Of a DNA stretch of 64,000 nucleotides, positions 23,870-35,517 are shown piece after piece. The notes below the pieces were generated by a model. It ran no database searches, was not told the origin of the DNA, and saw only the letters and a list, made by a program, of their open reading frames with translations. Numbering within the stretch: the stretch's first letter is position 1; each line of letters starts with the position of its first letter. Origin of the DNA: Octopus sinensis (taxonomy: Eukaryota); contig NC_043026.1 of the NCBI RefSeq assembly GCF_006345805.1, positions 13,991,579-14,055,578 of the forward strand. The letters are read 5' to 3'. A program made the translations under genes and the position numbers.

Positions 23870-24362
23870 AATAACCTTAGCATTTGATTTTTCGATGTCC
23901 TTACCCCCAAACTTTTGTGAGTTGAATTAAGCAAACACTATATATGAGAGAGATTTTCTTTAAGTATTAGAAATAGCTTTAAAAAAGTTTTTTAGCTGCT
24001 ATTTCTAATGAGTTCAGTATGCGGCAAAGTAATTTATTTAACTAAGCACTTTTATATAATGTAATAATTTGAATTCGCCTTGAATGGTCCCTTTGCATAC
24101 TGAACACTTGGTGAAATTGATTAATAATTAATTAATTTGCCCTCAATTGTTGAAATTATAATTAATCTCCCTCTGATTATGCTTCGGATTTTACCGAAAT
24201 AAGCATAGTGTTTGATGATTTTAACCCACGCTGGTGGAAAGGAGGGGAGAACAGAGATTCTTCGCTTGCTTATTTGAATTTGTTGGCACTGTTAGTTACG
24301 AGCAGATCTTCGAAAGGGTATGTTCTTATTTTCAGTGTTTCCAAATCCAAACCAAGGAATTC

Positions 24363-24413
24363 TGAGCTGATGATAGAAGTGTTGTTTGACTAATCTTGAA
24401 ACGTACGTTCTCA
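24363..24413 (+). ncRNA. Hammerhead motif, unit 4
   Basis: CTGATGA 24367-24373, GAAA 24398-24401, ACGTACGT, CTCA. Confidence 0.72.
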
Positions 24414-24621
24414 AATAACCTTAGCATTTGATTTTTCGATGTCCTTACCCCCAAACTTTTGTGAGTTGAATTAAGCAAACACTATATATGAGAGAGATTT
24501 TCTTAAGTATTAGAAATAGCTTTAAAAAAGTTTTTTAGCTGCTATTTCTAATGAGTTCAGTATGCGGCAAAGTAATTTATTTTACTAAGCCCTTTTATAT
24601 AATGTATGTATATATATATAT

Positions 24622-24669
<48 letters not shown>

Positions 24670-24768
24670 TATATATATATAGGGAGAGTTTACGAAAAAA
24701 AACAAAAGACGAAGACAGGTGGTGTACAAACAAACAGAGTATTAGTATAACGCTCAGGAATAGAAGAA

Positions 24769-24810
24769 GTCTTTTACGTTTCGAGCCTACGCTCTTCTAC
24801 AGAAAGGGAC
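24769..24810 (-). ncRNA. Atypical or degenerate minimal hammerhead in a PLE-type remnant
   Basis: GTCCCTTT-CTGTAGA-A-GAGC-gtag-GCTC-GAAA-CGT-A-AAAGAC; core position 6 deviates from CUGANGA. Confidence 0.5.
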
Positions 24811-24889
24811 ATAGAAAAAACAAGGAGAGAAACAAGGAGAGGAAAAAATGTGTGTAGTGGCTAACGATCTATGATGGCGATATCTATCT

Positions 24890-24937
<48 letters not shown>

Positions 24938-25084
24938 ATCTATCTATCTATCTATCTATATATATATTATATTATATATATATATATATATGCATGTATG
25001 GAAGTACGTATGTATATGTGTAGATTTGTGTGTTTTGTTTTATGTGTCTTGTATTACATTTAGTTGCATTTCTAGACACGCTCA

Positions 25085-27135
25085 TATATACTTAAATGAT
25101 AAACTTCTGGAAAGTATATAATTTAAGGATATAATTACAGGTATAAACCTGAACTTGTAATAGTTCAATGTAGGTATTCTCTTTTTCACTGATTTTCAGT
25201 TTTATCTTAACATCCACTCGGCAGCTAATTTCCACAACTGTGCACAGTTTCTCTTCTCCATCCCAAATCATTATATCAGGTCTCTTATGCTTACATTTTA
25301 TCGAGGTTTTCACTGGGACATTTCACCAATACTCCTTTTTATTATGAGTGGTTATAGCTTCTACCATATTGTGGGTTCTTATTTCTTTGTCCTCGGGGTT
25401 ATCCTTCCGACGTGTTTCATTATAGTGTCCTAGCTACAGCATCATGTGTCATCAGTAGACAATACCGTGGTGACATTTTCGGACAACTGCTTATGATGTG
25501 GGTAATATCTTCAGTGTGAAGTCCACAAAATCTGCATCGGTTGTCACATTTTAAGGCTTTACCTGCATCTCTATCCCTTTTGTGCATCAGGTACTTGGTT
25601 GATATTTCCTATTTGTAGATTGCAAACGCGTAACCTTTTCAAAGTGGGAGGTAGTAATCCGGTTGTTGGTCCGTAATAAATTGCTTTGATTACTGACGTT
25701 ACTATCATCACGGAACTTTCTACTAACATATCCATGCATAGTCTTCTGCTCATATAAGCTCATCCCTTCATCTGATGATTCGTTGCGATAGAGTCGTGCG
25801 ACCTCTTTGGACAAGTATTCTAGGTCAGTGCTTTTCAACCTTTATGCTGGAACGGAACCCCCAAGAAAACATTCCACTGGTTCGAAGAACCTCTGTGCAA
25901 TAATTTAATTGTCTTATGCACACATATCTTCAGAGGAGAATTAAAAATTACTGCCGATTTTAGCAGTTTTCTAACTTCTTGCGGAACCCCTGGACTGTAC
26001 TGGCGGAACCCTAAGGTTCTGCGGAACCCTGGTTGAAAACCACTGAGTTAGACACAGTCAGTTAGACACTAGTTAGACCAGTGCTTTTCAATATTTTTGC
26101 TGGAACGGAACCCCAAGAAAACATTCCACTGGCTCGAGGAACCTCTGTGCAATAATTTAATTGTCTTATGCACACATATCTTCAGAGGAGAATTAAAAAT
26201 TACTGCCGATTTTAGCAGTTTTGTAACTTCTTGCGGGGCCCCTGGACTGTACTGGCGGAACCCTGGTTGAAAACCACTGAGTTTAGACACAGTCAGTTAG
26301 ACACTACTTAGACCAGTGCTTTTCAATCTTTTTGCTGGAGCGGAACCCCAAGGAAACTATCCACTGGCTCGAGGAACCCCTGTGCAATAATCTAATAGTC
26401 TTATGCACACATATCTGCAGAGGAGAATTAAAAATTACTGCCGATTTTAGCAGTTTTGTAACTTCTTGCGGGACCCCTGGACTGTACTGGCGGAACCCTG
26501 GTTGAAAACCACTGAGTTAGACACAGTCAGTTAGACACTAGTTAGACCAGTGCTTTTCAATCTTTTTGCTGGAACGGAACCCCAAGGAAACATTCCACTG
26601 GCTCGAGGAACCCCTGTGCAATAATCTAATAGTCTTATGCACACATATCTTCAGAGGAGAATTAAAAATTACTGCCGATTTTAGCAGTTTTCTAACTTCT
26701 TGCGGGACCCCTGGACTGTACTGGCGGAACCCTGGTTGAAAACCACTGTTCTAGGTTATCAGACAAAGAGCGTTGCTTAAGGAGCTGCCTTCCAAGTTTT
26801 ATGCTGTTATCAGCCTCATGTCAAGAGATGCACTTCGACAATTGTTGATTAAAAGATGTTGCTCAAGGGATATGATACAACATTCAAAGGCATTTTGGCT
26901 TCTACCATGTTGTGGGTTCTTATTTCTTTGTCCTCGGGGGTTATCCTTCCGACGGATTTCATTATAGAGTGTCCTAGCCACAACATCATATCTCATCAGT
27001 AGACAATACCGTGGTGACATTTTCGGACAACTATTTATGATGTGGGCGATATCTTTGGTGTGAGCTCCACAAAGTCTGCATCGGTTGTCACACTTAACTG
27101 CTTTTCCTCTATCTCTGTCCCTTTTGTGCATCGGG
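25085..27135 (-). mobile_element. Two R4/Dong-like LINE 3' fragments (CCHC knuckle, RLE domain), one split by the hAT MITE array
   Basis: RPDIMIWDGEEKLCTVVEISC (PD..E motif), CRLCGAHTKDIAHIINSC, KTMHG; 25335-25620 and 26895-27130 are diverged duplicates. Confidence 0.8.
25826..26748. mobile_element. Tandem array of four hAT-type MITEs with one 8-bp TSD
   Basis: Units 25826-26045, 26079-26279, 26314-26514 and 26548-26748, each CAGTGCTTTTCAA...TTGAAAACCACTG; TTCTAGGT at 25818-25825 and 26749-26756. Confidence 0.9.
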
Positions 27136-27186
27136 TCTGTGTATGCATGTATATGTGTATGTATGTATGTATGTATGTAATTTTGT

Positions 27187-27356
27187 AGGCGTAGGAGTGG
27201 CTGTGTGGCGAGTAGCTTGCTTACGAACCACATGGTTCCGGGTTCAGTCCCACAGCGAGGCACCTTGGGCAAGTGTCTTCTACTATAGCCGCGGGCCGAC
27301 CAAAGCCTTGTGAGTGGATTTGGTAGACGGAAACAGAAAGAATCCCGTCGTATGTG

Positions 27357-27399
<43 letters not shown>

Positions 27400-27560
27400 T
27401 TATATGTGTGTCTGTGTTTGTCCCCCCCCCCCCAACATCGCTTGACAACCGATGCTGGTGTGTTTACGTCCCCGTAACTTAGCGGTTCGGCAAAAGCGAC
27501 CGATAGAATAAGTACTAGGCTTACAAAGAATAAGTCCTGGGGTCGATTTGCTCCAGCATG
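27187..27560 (+). mobile_element. SINE family A copy
   Basis: Family A match. Confidence 0.88.
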
Positions 27561-27939
27561 CCCCGCTTGGATCGCTTTCAATGCCACTACATCCCGTCCG
27601 ATTCGCTCCAAATTTTACAGGGACATGTAGAATGAGGTGACGAAGCGCGTGGGCTACCTTAGAAATCCCTATCTTAAAAGGTGTGGTTGCTAGGGGCCAT
27701 CTTCCTCACTCACCCTATTTCCTCATTTCCCTCTCTTACTCCTCTTCATATATAACTTTCAGAAGTCCACTACTGTTATTTAAAGTATCTGTCACTCTCG
27801 CTATTTCCTTTCTTTTTCACTGACTCTGTTTCCTACCTTCCTATCACTTCGGCGGCGTTCTTTGAAGTATATGTCTGTCACCAACAAACAACACACGAGC
27901 ATGAGAACAAATATTATGAATCAGATATTGCGTTCATTT

Positions 27940-28260
27940 ATATGTTTGTGTGTGTGTGTGTGTGTTCTATATATAAATATGTATATATAATGTATGTGTG
28001 TGTGTGTGTGTTCTATATATAAATATGTATATATAATGTATGTGTGTGTGTGTGTTCTATATATAAATATGTATATATAATGTATGTGTGTGTGGTGTTC
28101 TATATATAAAATGTATATATAATGTATGTGTGTGTGTGTTCTATATATAAATATGTATATATAAGTATGTGTGTGTGTGTTCTATATATAAATATGTATA
28201 TATAATGTATGTGGTGTGTGTGTGTTCTATATATAAATATGTATATATAATGTATATATA
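27940..28260. repeat. ~40-bp compound GT/TA minisatellite
   Basis: About 7 copies of GTGTGTGTTCTATATATAAATATGTATATATAATGTAT. Confidence 0.9.
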
Positions 28261-28404
28261 CAAAGTGTATATATCTGTATTTATGTATATTAAACTTTTT
28301 CATACTTTTTCATAGTTATATATATTTTTAAACAAATTATAAATATATTTTTATAATTTTTATTTTCAATTTAAATAATTTAAATTTTTCAATTTTATAT
28401 TTTA

Positions 28405-28807
28405 CTAGCAGTATCGCCTGGCGTTGCTCGGGTTTGTAAGCGAAATAACTATATAAGCATTTTTAGTGAGTTATAGCAAAAAAATAGCAAAAAATGCATT
28501 AAAAATGGAATAAAAAATGACGGTAATTTTTTTTTTAAATCGTTGACTCATCGTAGACATTTTTAGAGAGTTACTTCCCTTATATAATAGCGAAAAATGC
28601 ATTAAAATGGAATAAAAAATGATGGTAAATTATTTTAAAAATCGTAGACTCATCGTAGACGCGCGCTAATACTCAGACGGGCTCGATATGAATCACGACT
28701 ATAAGATACACGAATTTGGTTAAACTGCACCGCAAAATGTGGGAGTAGTTAGGAATCTAAATCGAAGGGGACAGACACTCACACAACTACAGTTTTATAT
28801 ATATAGA
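28405..28807 (-). mobile_element. Non-autonomous Helitron family 1
   Basis: Minus strand A|TC...hairpin...CTAG|T; matches 40738-41136. Confidence 0.88.
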
Positions 28808-28949
28808 TATATTTTCTATATTATATTTTCTTTTTTATGTTTTTGTTTTTGGTTTTTCACTGTTTGATTTGCCTATTAGTGGTTTTATCTCTAATTTAAT
28901 TTATACAGATATATATCTCATTTGTATACATTTGTATATATAATGCGTG

Positions 28950-28981
<32 letters not shown>

Positions 28982-29814
28982 CACCTATATATATATATAA
29001 TGTGTGCATTACGTAGTCGGTCGATTCAGCTGAAAATATGCACACCTATGTTAAAAGTGCTGACAAGTTTGCATGACAACTATTTTTTTCCTCAAATGAA
29101 GGGCGTCACCTCTAGGACAAAATTCCTCATCTTATAAAATGCGGCCCCAGTAGACCCGAATGAAATCGGGTTATATTAACCAAAATGTGAAAAGGGGTCT
29201 AAATGGGGCTGGAAGGGGATTAAAATTTACAGGAGCGGGTGTTTAGGAATTTTCTGTTACATCAAGCTAAAAAATTTGCGCCAGCCTTTTAATCGTCAAT
29301 GTGTTGCCGTCCATGATAAAGAAGTTTTGAATGCTTGCCATGGTGAGTCTACTGTCGTGAGAAAGAATCTCTTCAAAACTTGGTGTTTACGAATTTTCTT
29401 TTACATCAAGTTCAAAATTTTACGCCAGCCGTTAAACTGTCACTACGTTCTGTCCGTCGTTAACAAATGCCAGCCATGGTGACTCTACTATCCTCAGATT
29501 CTATCCCTTCAAACTTTGGTTTCCAATATTTTATTATTTTTATTCAGCTCGCAAGTTCGTCTGTCCCTTTTAAATGTTAGCGTTTTGCTGTCTGCCTTGA
29601 AGCAGACCTTTCCATTGCCACTGCCTCATATTTCTGATTGATCTTTCTAAATATTTTATTTCTCAACTTACTCAAGATCTTCTGTTGTTTATAAATAGGA
29701 GAGAGATAGATAAAGATAGAGAGTAAGAGAAAGCGAGGGAGAGTCGAGAGAAAAGAAAAGTAAGAGAGTGGGAAAGTGAGAGAGAAAGGAGAGAGAAACA
29801 AATACGGAGAATCA

Positions 29815-30127
29815 TCATCATCATCATCGTTTAACGTCCGTTTTCCGTGCTAGCACGGGTTGGGCAGTGTGACCGGGGTCTCGGAAGCCAGGAGGCTGCA
29901 CCAGGCTCCAGTCTGATCTGGCAGTGTTTCTACAGGTGGATGACCTTCCTAACGCCAACCACTCTGTGAGTGTAGTGGGTGCTTTTTTCGTGCCGCCGGC
30001 ACTGGTGCCAGGGGGGGGGGAGCTCGCAGTGGCAACGATCGGTTGGTGCTTTTTACGTGCCACCGGCACAGAAGCAAGTCAAGGCGGTGCTGCAATCGGC
30101 CACGTTCGGATGGTGCTTTTTACGCGC
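29815..30127 (-). mobile_element. RTE 3'-UTR fragment
   Basis: Matches the RTE 3' end, with a (CAT)n tail on the plus strand. Confidence 0.85.
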
Positions 30128-30221
30128 TGAAAGGAAGCAACACAAAGTAACAACCACACTCTTACCCGCGCGTAGAGCGGGTCACCTTCAGCTAGTATAT
30201 ATATATATATATATATATATA

Positions 30222-30909
30222 CTAGCATTAAAGACCCGTCGTTGCCGGGTCATAGTGCTAGTGCATGTATATATGTGTACATATTACATGTACATCTATA
30301 TATATACATCTACACATAAAATGCAAAATACAAAGTTATATCTTGATATCGCTAGTGATAACAATACTCAAAATATATAACATTGTATACTTTATAGACA
30401 ATAGTCTTTTCTTTAATTTAATTTTTTATTATCCTTCTGGACTATTCCATTTCTGCACGCTAATTTTATTTTTAATTTATTCCCATTCATGTGAAACCAC
30501 TTATTCAAGTTCAAATCATTGATGCAATTTTATACCAATTGCTATTTTTACTCTTGTTATGTTACGATTATATTATACTTCAGTTTGATTTTAATTATTA
30601 CTTACTACATATAATTCAATTGTTATAATTATTTTTATTGTTAAAGTGAAAGCATCTGACATAAAATAGAGAAATATTTTTGCTTCACTTTTAACACGTA
30701 ATACTGAAATAGTGGAGAAGATATGATATTGCTATGGGCTCGCTCTAGGCAAGAAGTTGAACATTTTTTTTGCCCATGAACCTACACGGACCCTAAGTAA
30801 GGCATGTGTAAAATTTGAATGAAATTGGTTGTGTAGTTCTCAAGTTTTAGGGAAACACACAGACAGACAGACAGGCAGACACACATTCTCAGTTTTATAT
30901 ATATAAAGA
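30222..30909 (-). mobile_element. Non-autonomous Helitron family 2 with a (TCTG)n tract near its 5' end
   Basis: Minus strand A|TCTTTATATATATAAAACTGAGAATGTG(TCTG)n...GACCCGGCAACGACGGGTC hairpin...CTAG|T. Confidence 0.75.
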
Positions 30910-30920
30910 TATATATATAT

Positions 30921-31860
30921 TGTTATGAATAGGTCAATTTAAGGACAGTGCTTGCGACCTACTTTTGGAATAAATCCATTGTCCTGTCAGATTCAGGTGG
31001 ATTGATTAGCTCTGGGGAGACCTCCGACCCTTTTCAGGTGAAAGAAAGTTCGTTGGAAACACCCCTTAAAAAAGGAGGAACTGTGGGCCTGTACACACAG
31101 TCGGCCGGGAGCTCTAGAAGAGACGGGACTGATACGAGAGACGGGACAGATGAGGACAGAGCAAGTTAGTAGTAGGTTGTTTCTGCTCGACGGTGAACTG
31201 AAAGAGGAAGACAGGCAGATAGGATTACGGCGTGAGGCGGCGACGGCGTAGAGGAAGACAAAGAGATAGTATTACGGAGCTAGAAAAGAGAGGGACTACG
31301 GTGTAAGGCATTGGCTGTTGTACGGTATGTGTTTACTTATGTTTAGATATGTGAAAAAAAAAGGAAAAAGAAATGTAAAAGAATTGATGTGTTACAAAGA
31401 ACAGTGCTAAAGAGATTATAAAGAACATTGTGAATTGTGTTGAAAAAGGAAAGAGAAGGACTTTAATGTGATTTGAACATTGGACTGTATCGTGAACATT
31501 AATTGATCTGAAATGTATTGAACTGTATCTGCATGTTTAAATGCTTTGATTTGTTGTATACCTGATGTATCTTTGATTTATTTGATTTGTTGTATAATTG
31601 TATAAACTGTTGTTAAATGTAAGCCAATTGCCTTCCGCCGTCTCTCTTTGTGTCTCTTCCTGCTGTTGTTGTTGTTGTTATCTCCGGTTACCGACTGCCG
31701 TGTTTGCTGCCGCTTTTCCCCCACCGAGTTCTCTCTCTCTCTCTGAGTTCCGTGGCGAATTCGCCGATCGATCAGGCCGGTGAATCGTCGTCGCTCGACT
31801 TGGTAGGGTCCCGGGTTTTTCCCGAAGAGTTTGAGCGACGACAGGTGGGATTCCGTAACA
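30921..31860. mobile_element. Probable solo LTR (Ty3/gypsy-like, 940 bp)
   Basis: Begins TGTTA and ends TAACA, with ATAT on both sides; non-coding and CpG-rich; no internal domain. Confidence 0.62.
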
Positions 31861-31865
31861 ATATA

Positions 31866-32105
31866 TATTATTGGCGGCGAGCTGGCAGAATCGTTAGCAC
31901 GCCGGGCGAAATGCTTATCGGTATTTCGTCTGCCTCTACGTTCTGACTTCAAATTCCGCCGAGGTCGACTTTGCCTTTCATCCTTTCGGGGTCGATTAAA
32001 TAAGTACCAGTTACGTACTGGGGTCGATATAATCGACTTAATCTGTTTGTCTGTCATTGTTTGTCCTCTCTGTGTTGAGCCCCTTGTGGTTAGTAAAGAA
32101 AGATA
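31866..32105 (+). mobile_element. tRNA-headed SINE family C
   Basis: GGCGGCGAGCTGGCAGAATCGTTAGCACGCCGGGCG...TTCAAATTCCGCCGAGGTCGACTTTGCCTTTCATCCTTTCGGGGTCG...GCCCCTTGTGGTTAGTAAAGAAA. Confidence 0.85.
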
Positions 32106-32108
32106 TAT

Positions 32109-32140
<32 letters not shown>

Positions 32141-32149
32141 ATATACAGT

Positions 32150-33403
32150 GGGAATGGGAAGGGTATTTCAGGGCACTTATTTATTACGCTCTTCAGACCA
32201 ATTAATGAACCTTGCCCACCACAGTCAACAGATACGGTATGGCCTCCCCTGACGCCTGCACAGTCGTCACCCCAATACTTTTACCAAATATTGGGGGCCT
32301 GTTGCATCAAAATAAAAGCAAAATTTCTTTCCTGAGAGATCTTACTGCATGCAATCAAGCTCTATGCATTGCACTTGTAGAAACTTACCTCAGCCCTGAC
32401 ATAGAGGACGCAGAAGTACACGTACCAATATATGACCAGTTCAAAAGTGTCTTTACCACCCCGTTGGAACACAGACAAGTGAACGAACCAGTGGACTTCT
32501 TTGCTGCCTCACCTATAACCAGCGAGGCAGTTACAATAGAATACATTGACATTAGCGAAGATGTACTACTAGCCATAGATGAAGTGGACACAAACTCAAC
32601 TGCTGGTCCTGATGGTTTCCCAGCAAACTAAGTCAGTGAGGGACCTGGGTATCGACATGAGTGATGATACCTCTTTCCAAGTGCACATTACCAGGATGGC
32701 GACAAAGTGCAGACAACTGGCTCGATGGATCCTAAGAACATTCAGAACCAGAGATAAGGAAACCATGATGGTCCTCTGGAGGACATTCGTTCTCAGCCGC
32801 CTGGATTACTGCTCACAGCTATGGTCACTCACCAGTGTGAGATTAACAGCGGACCTTGAAGCAATCCAGAGACGATTCACAAAGAAGATCGTCTCTTTGC
32901 AACAGCTCAGCTACTGGGAGAGGTTGAAACAGCTAAGACTCTACTCCCTAGAGAGAAGACGGGAGAGGTATGCAGTAATATATATATGTGGAAGATCCTG
33001 GAAGGAATTGTGCCAAATTTTGGCATTGAAAGCTACACCAATGCCAGAACGGGACGACACTGCATAGTGCCAAAGATCCCAACAATGCCATGACACTTCA
33101 GGATCAGTTACTGCAACAGCCTGGGTTTCAAGGGCCCACTGCTTTTTAATATTTTCCCGAAGAGTCTGAGGAACTTGCACACAGTAGATGTAGGGGTTTT
33201 TAAATCAAAAATGGACCTCTTCCTGTCGAGAGTCCCAGATGAGCCTACCTCACGGCAAGAGGTGCAAATGAGGGTAGCTATATCAAACTTCATTCTTCAT
33301 CAAGTGCCACATATTAGAGGAGGTTCTTCGTAACAACAGTGTCGCCCAGAACGGCGGTGCATCAGCATGGCCGCAGCTCTGAGCTGAAACTTAAAATAAA
33401 AAA
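32150..33403 (+). mobile_element. Internally deleted CR1-like LINE with intact 3' end
   Basis: APE start (NIGGL, IALVETYL) fused to a linker (AGPDGFP) fused to the RT C-terminus (VRDLG, LDYCSQLWS, LEAIQRRFTK, SYWERLKQL.LYSLERRRER); 3' tail GGCGGTGCATCAGCATGGCCGCAG. Confidence 0.85.
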
Positions 33404-33662
33404 CATATATATATAAAGTATAGAAGCCATCTTATACATATATATACATATAAAGTATATAAACATATATATATATAAAGTATAGAAGCCATCTTATCAT
33501 GGCTAACCACAATGTGGTTAGCCATGATAAGATTGGGGAGGGGGTTAACCCTCTCCCCAATGTGGTTAGCCATGATAAGATGGCTTCTATACTTTACTTT
33601 ATCGAGCGATTACTGTTTCAATCTCATTCTGAGATTTAATTATGCTATATATATATATATAT

Positions 33663-34075
33663 ACTCTTTACTCTTACTCTTTTACTTGTTTCAGTCATTT
33701 GACTACGGCCATGCTGGAGCACCGCCTTTAATCGAGCAACTCGACCCCGGGACTTATTCTTTTGTAAGCCCAGTACTTATTCTATCGGTCTCTTTTGCCG
33801 AACCGCTAAGTAACGGGGACGTAAACACACCAGCATCGGTTGTCAAGCAATGCTAGAGGGACAAACACAGACACACAAACACACACACACGCATATATAT
33901 ATACATATATACGACAGGCTTCTTTCAGTTTCCGTCTACCAAATCCACTCACAAGGCTTTGGTCGGCCCGAGGCTATAGTAGAAGACACTTGCCCAAGGT
34001 GCCACACAGTGGGACTGAACCCGGAACCATGTGATTGGTAAACAAGCTACTTACCACACAGCCACTCCTGCGCCT
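33663..34075 (-). mobile_element. SINE family A copy
   Basis: Family A match. Confidence 0.9.
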
Positions 34076-34113
34076 ATATATAATATATATATATATATAT
34101 ATAATATATATAT

Positions 34114-34172
<59 letters not shown>

Positions 34173-34255
34173 TATATATATATATATATATATACATATA
34201 TATGTATATATATATGTATATATATATATATGTATGTATAATATATATATATATG

Positions 34256-35500
34256 TATCATCATCATCATCGTTTAACGTCCGTTTTCCGCGCTAGCACG
34301 GGTTAGACGGTTCGACCGGGGTCTGCACCAGGCTCCAGTCTGATCTAGCAGAGTTTCTACAGCTGGATGCCCTTCCTAACGCCAACCACTCCTCGAGTGT
34401 AGTGGGTGCTTTTTACGTGCCACCTGCACAGGTGCCAGGGAGGTCCGGCATCGACCACGATCGGTTGGTGCTTTTAACGTGCCTCCGGCACGGAAGCCAG
34501 CCAAGGCGGCGCTGGCATCGGCCACGTTCGGATGGTGCTTTTTATGTGCCACCGGCACAGAAGCCAGTCGAGGCGGCGCTGGCAACGGCCACGTTCGGAT
34601 GGTGCTTTTTATGTGCCACCAGCACAGAAGCCAGTCGAGGCGGCGCTGGCAACGGCCACGTTCGGATGGTGCTTTTTATGTGCCACTGGCACAGGTATCA
34701 CAACTACTATTTCCATTGATATTTATTTCGATGTACATGCACTTGACTCAACAGGTCTCCTCAAGCACAGCGGGATGTGCTGGAATCCGAGGTACTTTGA
34801 GTGGGCAGGGGCTATGCGGAACTGGTGCAGGAAGCAACCCGGGTCTTTGCAGTCACAGCATATCTCCAGAGATCTCGGTTCTTCGCCATTGCCTCAGTGA
34901 GGCCCAACGCTCTGAGGTCATGCTTGACTACCTCATCCCATGTCTTCCTGGGTCTACCTCTTCCCCTGATACCTTCAACTGTTTGGGAGTGGCACTTCTT
35001 CACACATCTCTCCTCATCCATCCGTAGTACATGACCATACCATCGCAAGCGTCGCTCTTGCACACCACATCTGATGCTTCTTATATCCAGCATTTCTCTC
35101 AGGGTGCTTACACTCTGTCGTGCATTCACATTGACATTGCACATCCAGCGGATCATGCTAGCTTCATTCCTTTCAAGTCTACGCATGTCCTCTGCAGTCA
35201 CAGCCCATGTTTCACTACCGTGAAGCATGGCAGTTCGCACACATGCGTCATACAATCTACCTTTCATTTTGAGCGAGAGAACCTTTGTCACCAGTAGGGG
35301 TAGGAGCTTTCTGAACTTTGCCCAGGCTATTCGTATTCTAGTGGTGACACTCTCTGAGCATCCACCTCCACTACTAACTTGGTCACCCAGGTAGCAGAAA
35401 CTATCAACTACTTCTAGTTTCTCCCCCTGGAGTGTGATAGAATCTGTTTTCTGAGTATCTGTGGTGTCTATTGTCCCTGTGCATCTGCCGCACATGAAAG
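34256..35500 (-). mobile_element. 5'-truncated RTE LINE (C-terminal ORF + 3'UTR)
   Basis: ORF 34812-35495: LEVVDSFCYLGD...RRLRWYGHV...GRGRPRKTW; 3'UTR repeats and (GAT)n tail. Confidence 0.92.
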
Positions 35501-35517
35501 CTATATATATATATATA

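Larger units (their letters stand above)
22376..24606. repeat. Inverted array of a ~543-bp HHR-bearing unit (2 forward + 2 reverse copies)
   Basis: Identical 62-aa and 75-aa ORFs recur in both orientations; period 543-545 bp; inversion junction near 23503. Confidence 0.92.

Noticed and set aside
25826-26748. CRISPR-like repeat-spacer appearance
   Set aside because: Spacers are near-identical, the repeats are 200-bp TIR elements with an 8-bp TSD, the context is eukaryotic and there are no cas genes.
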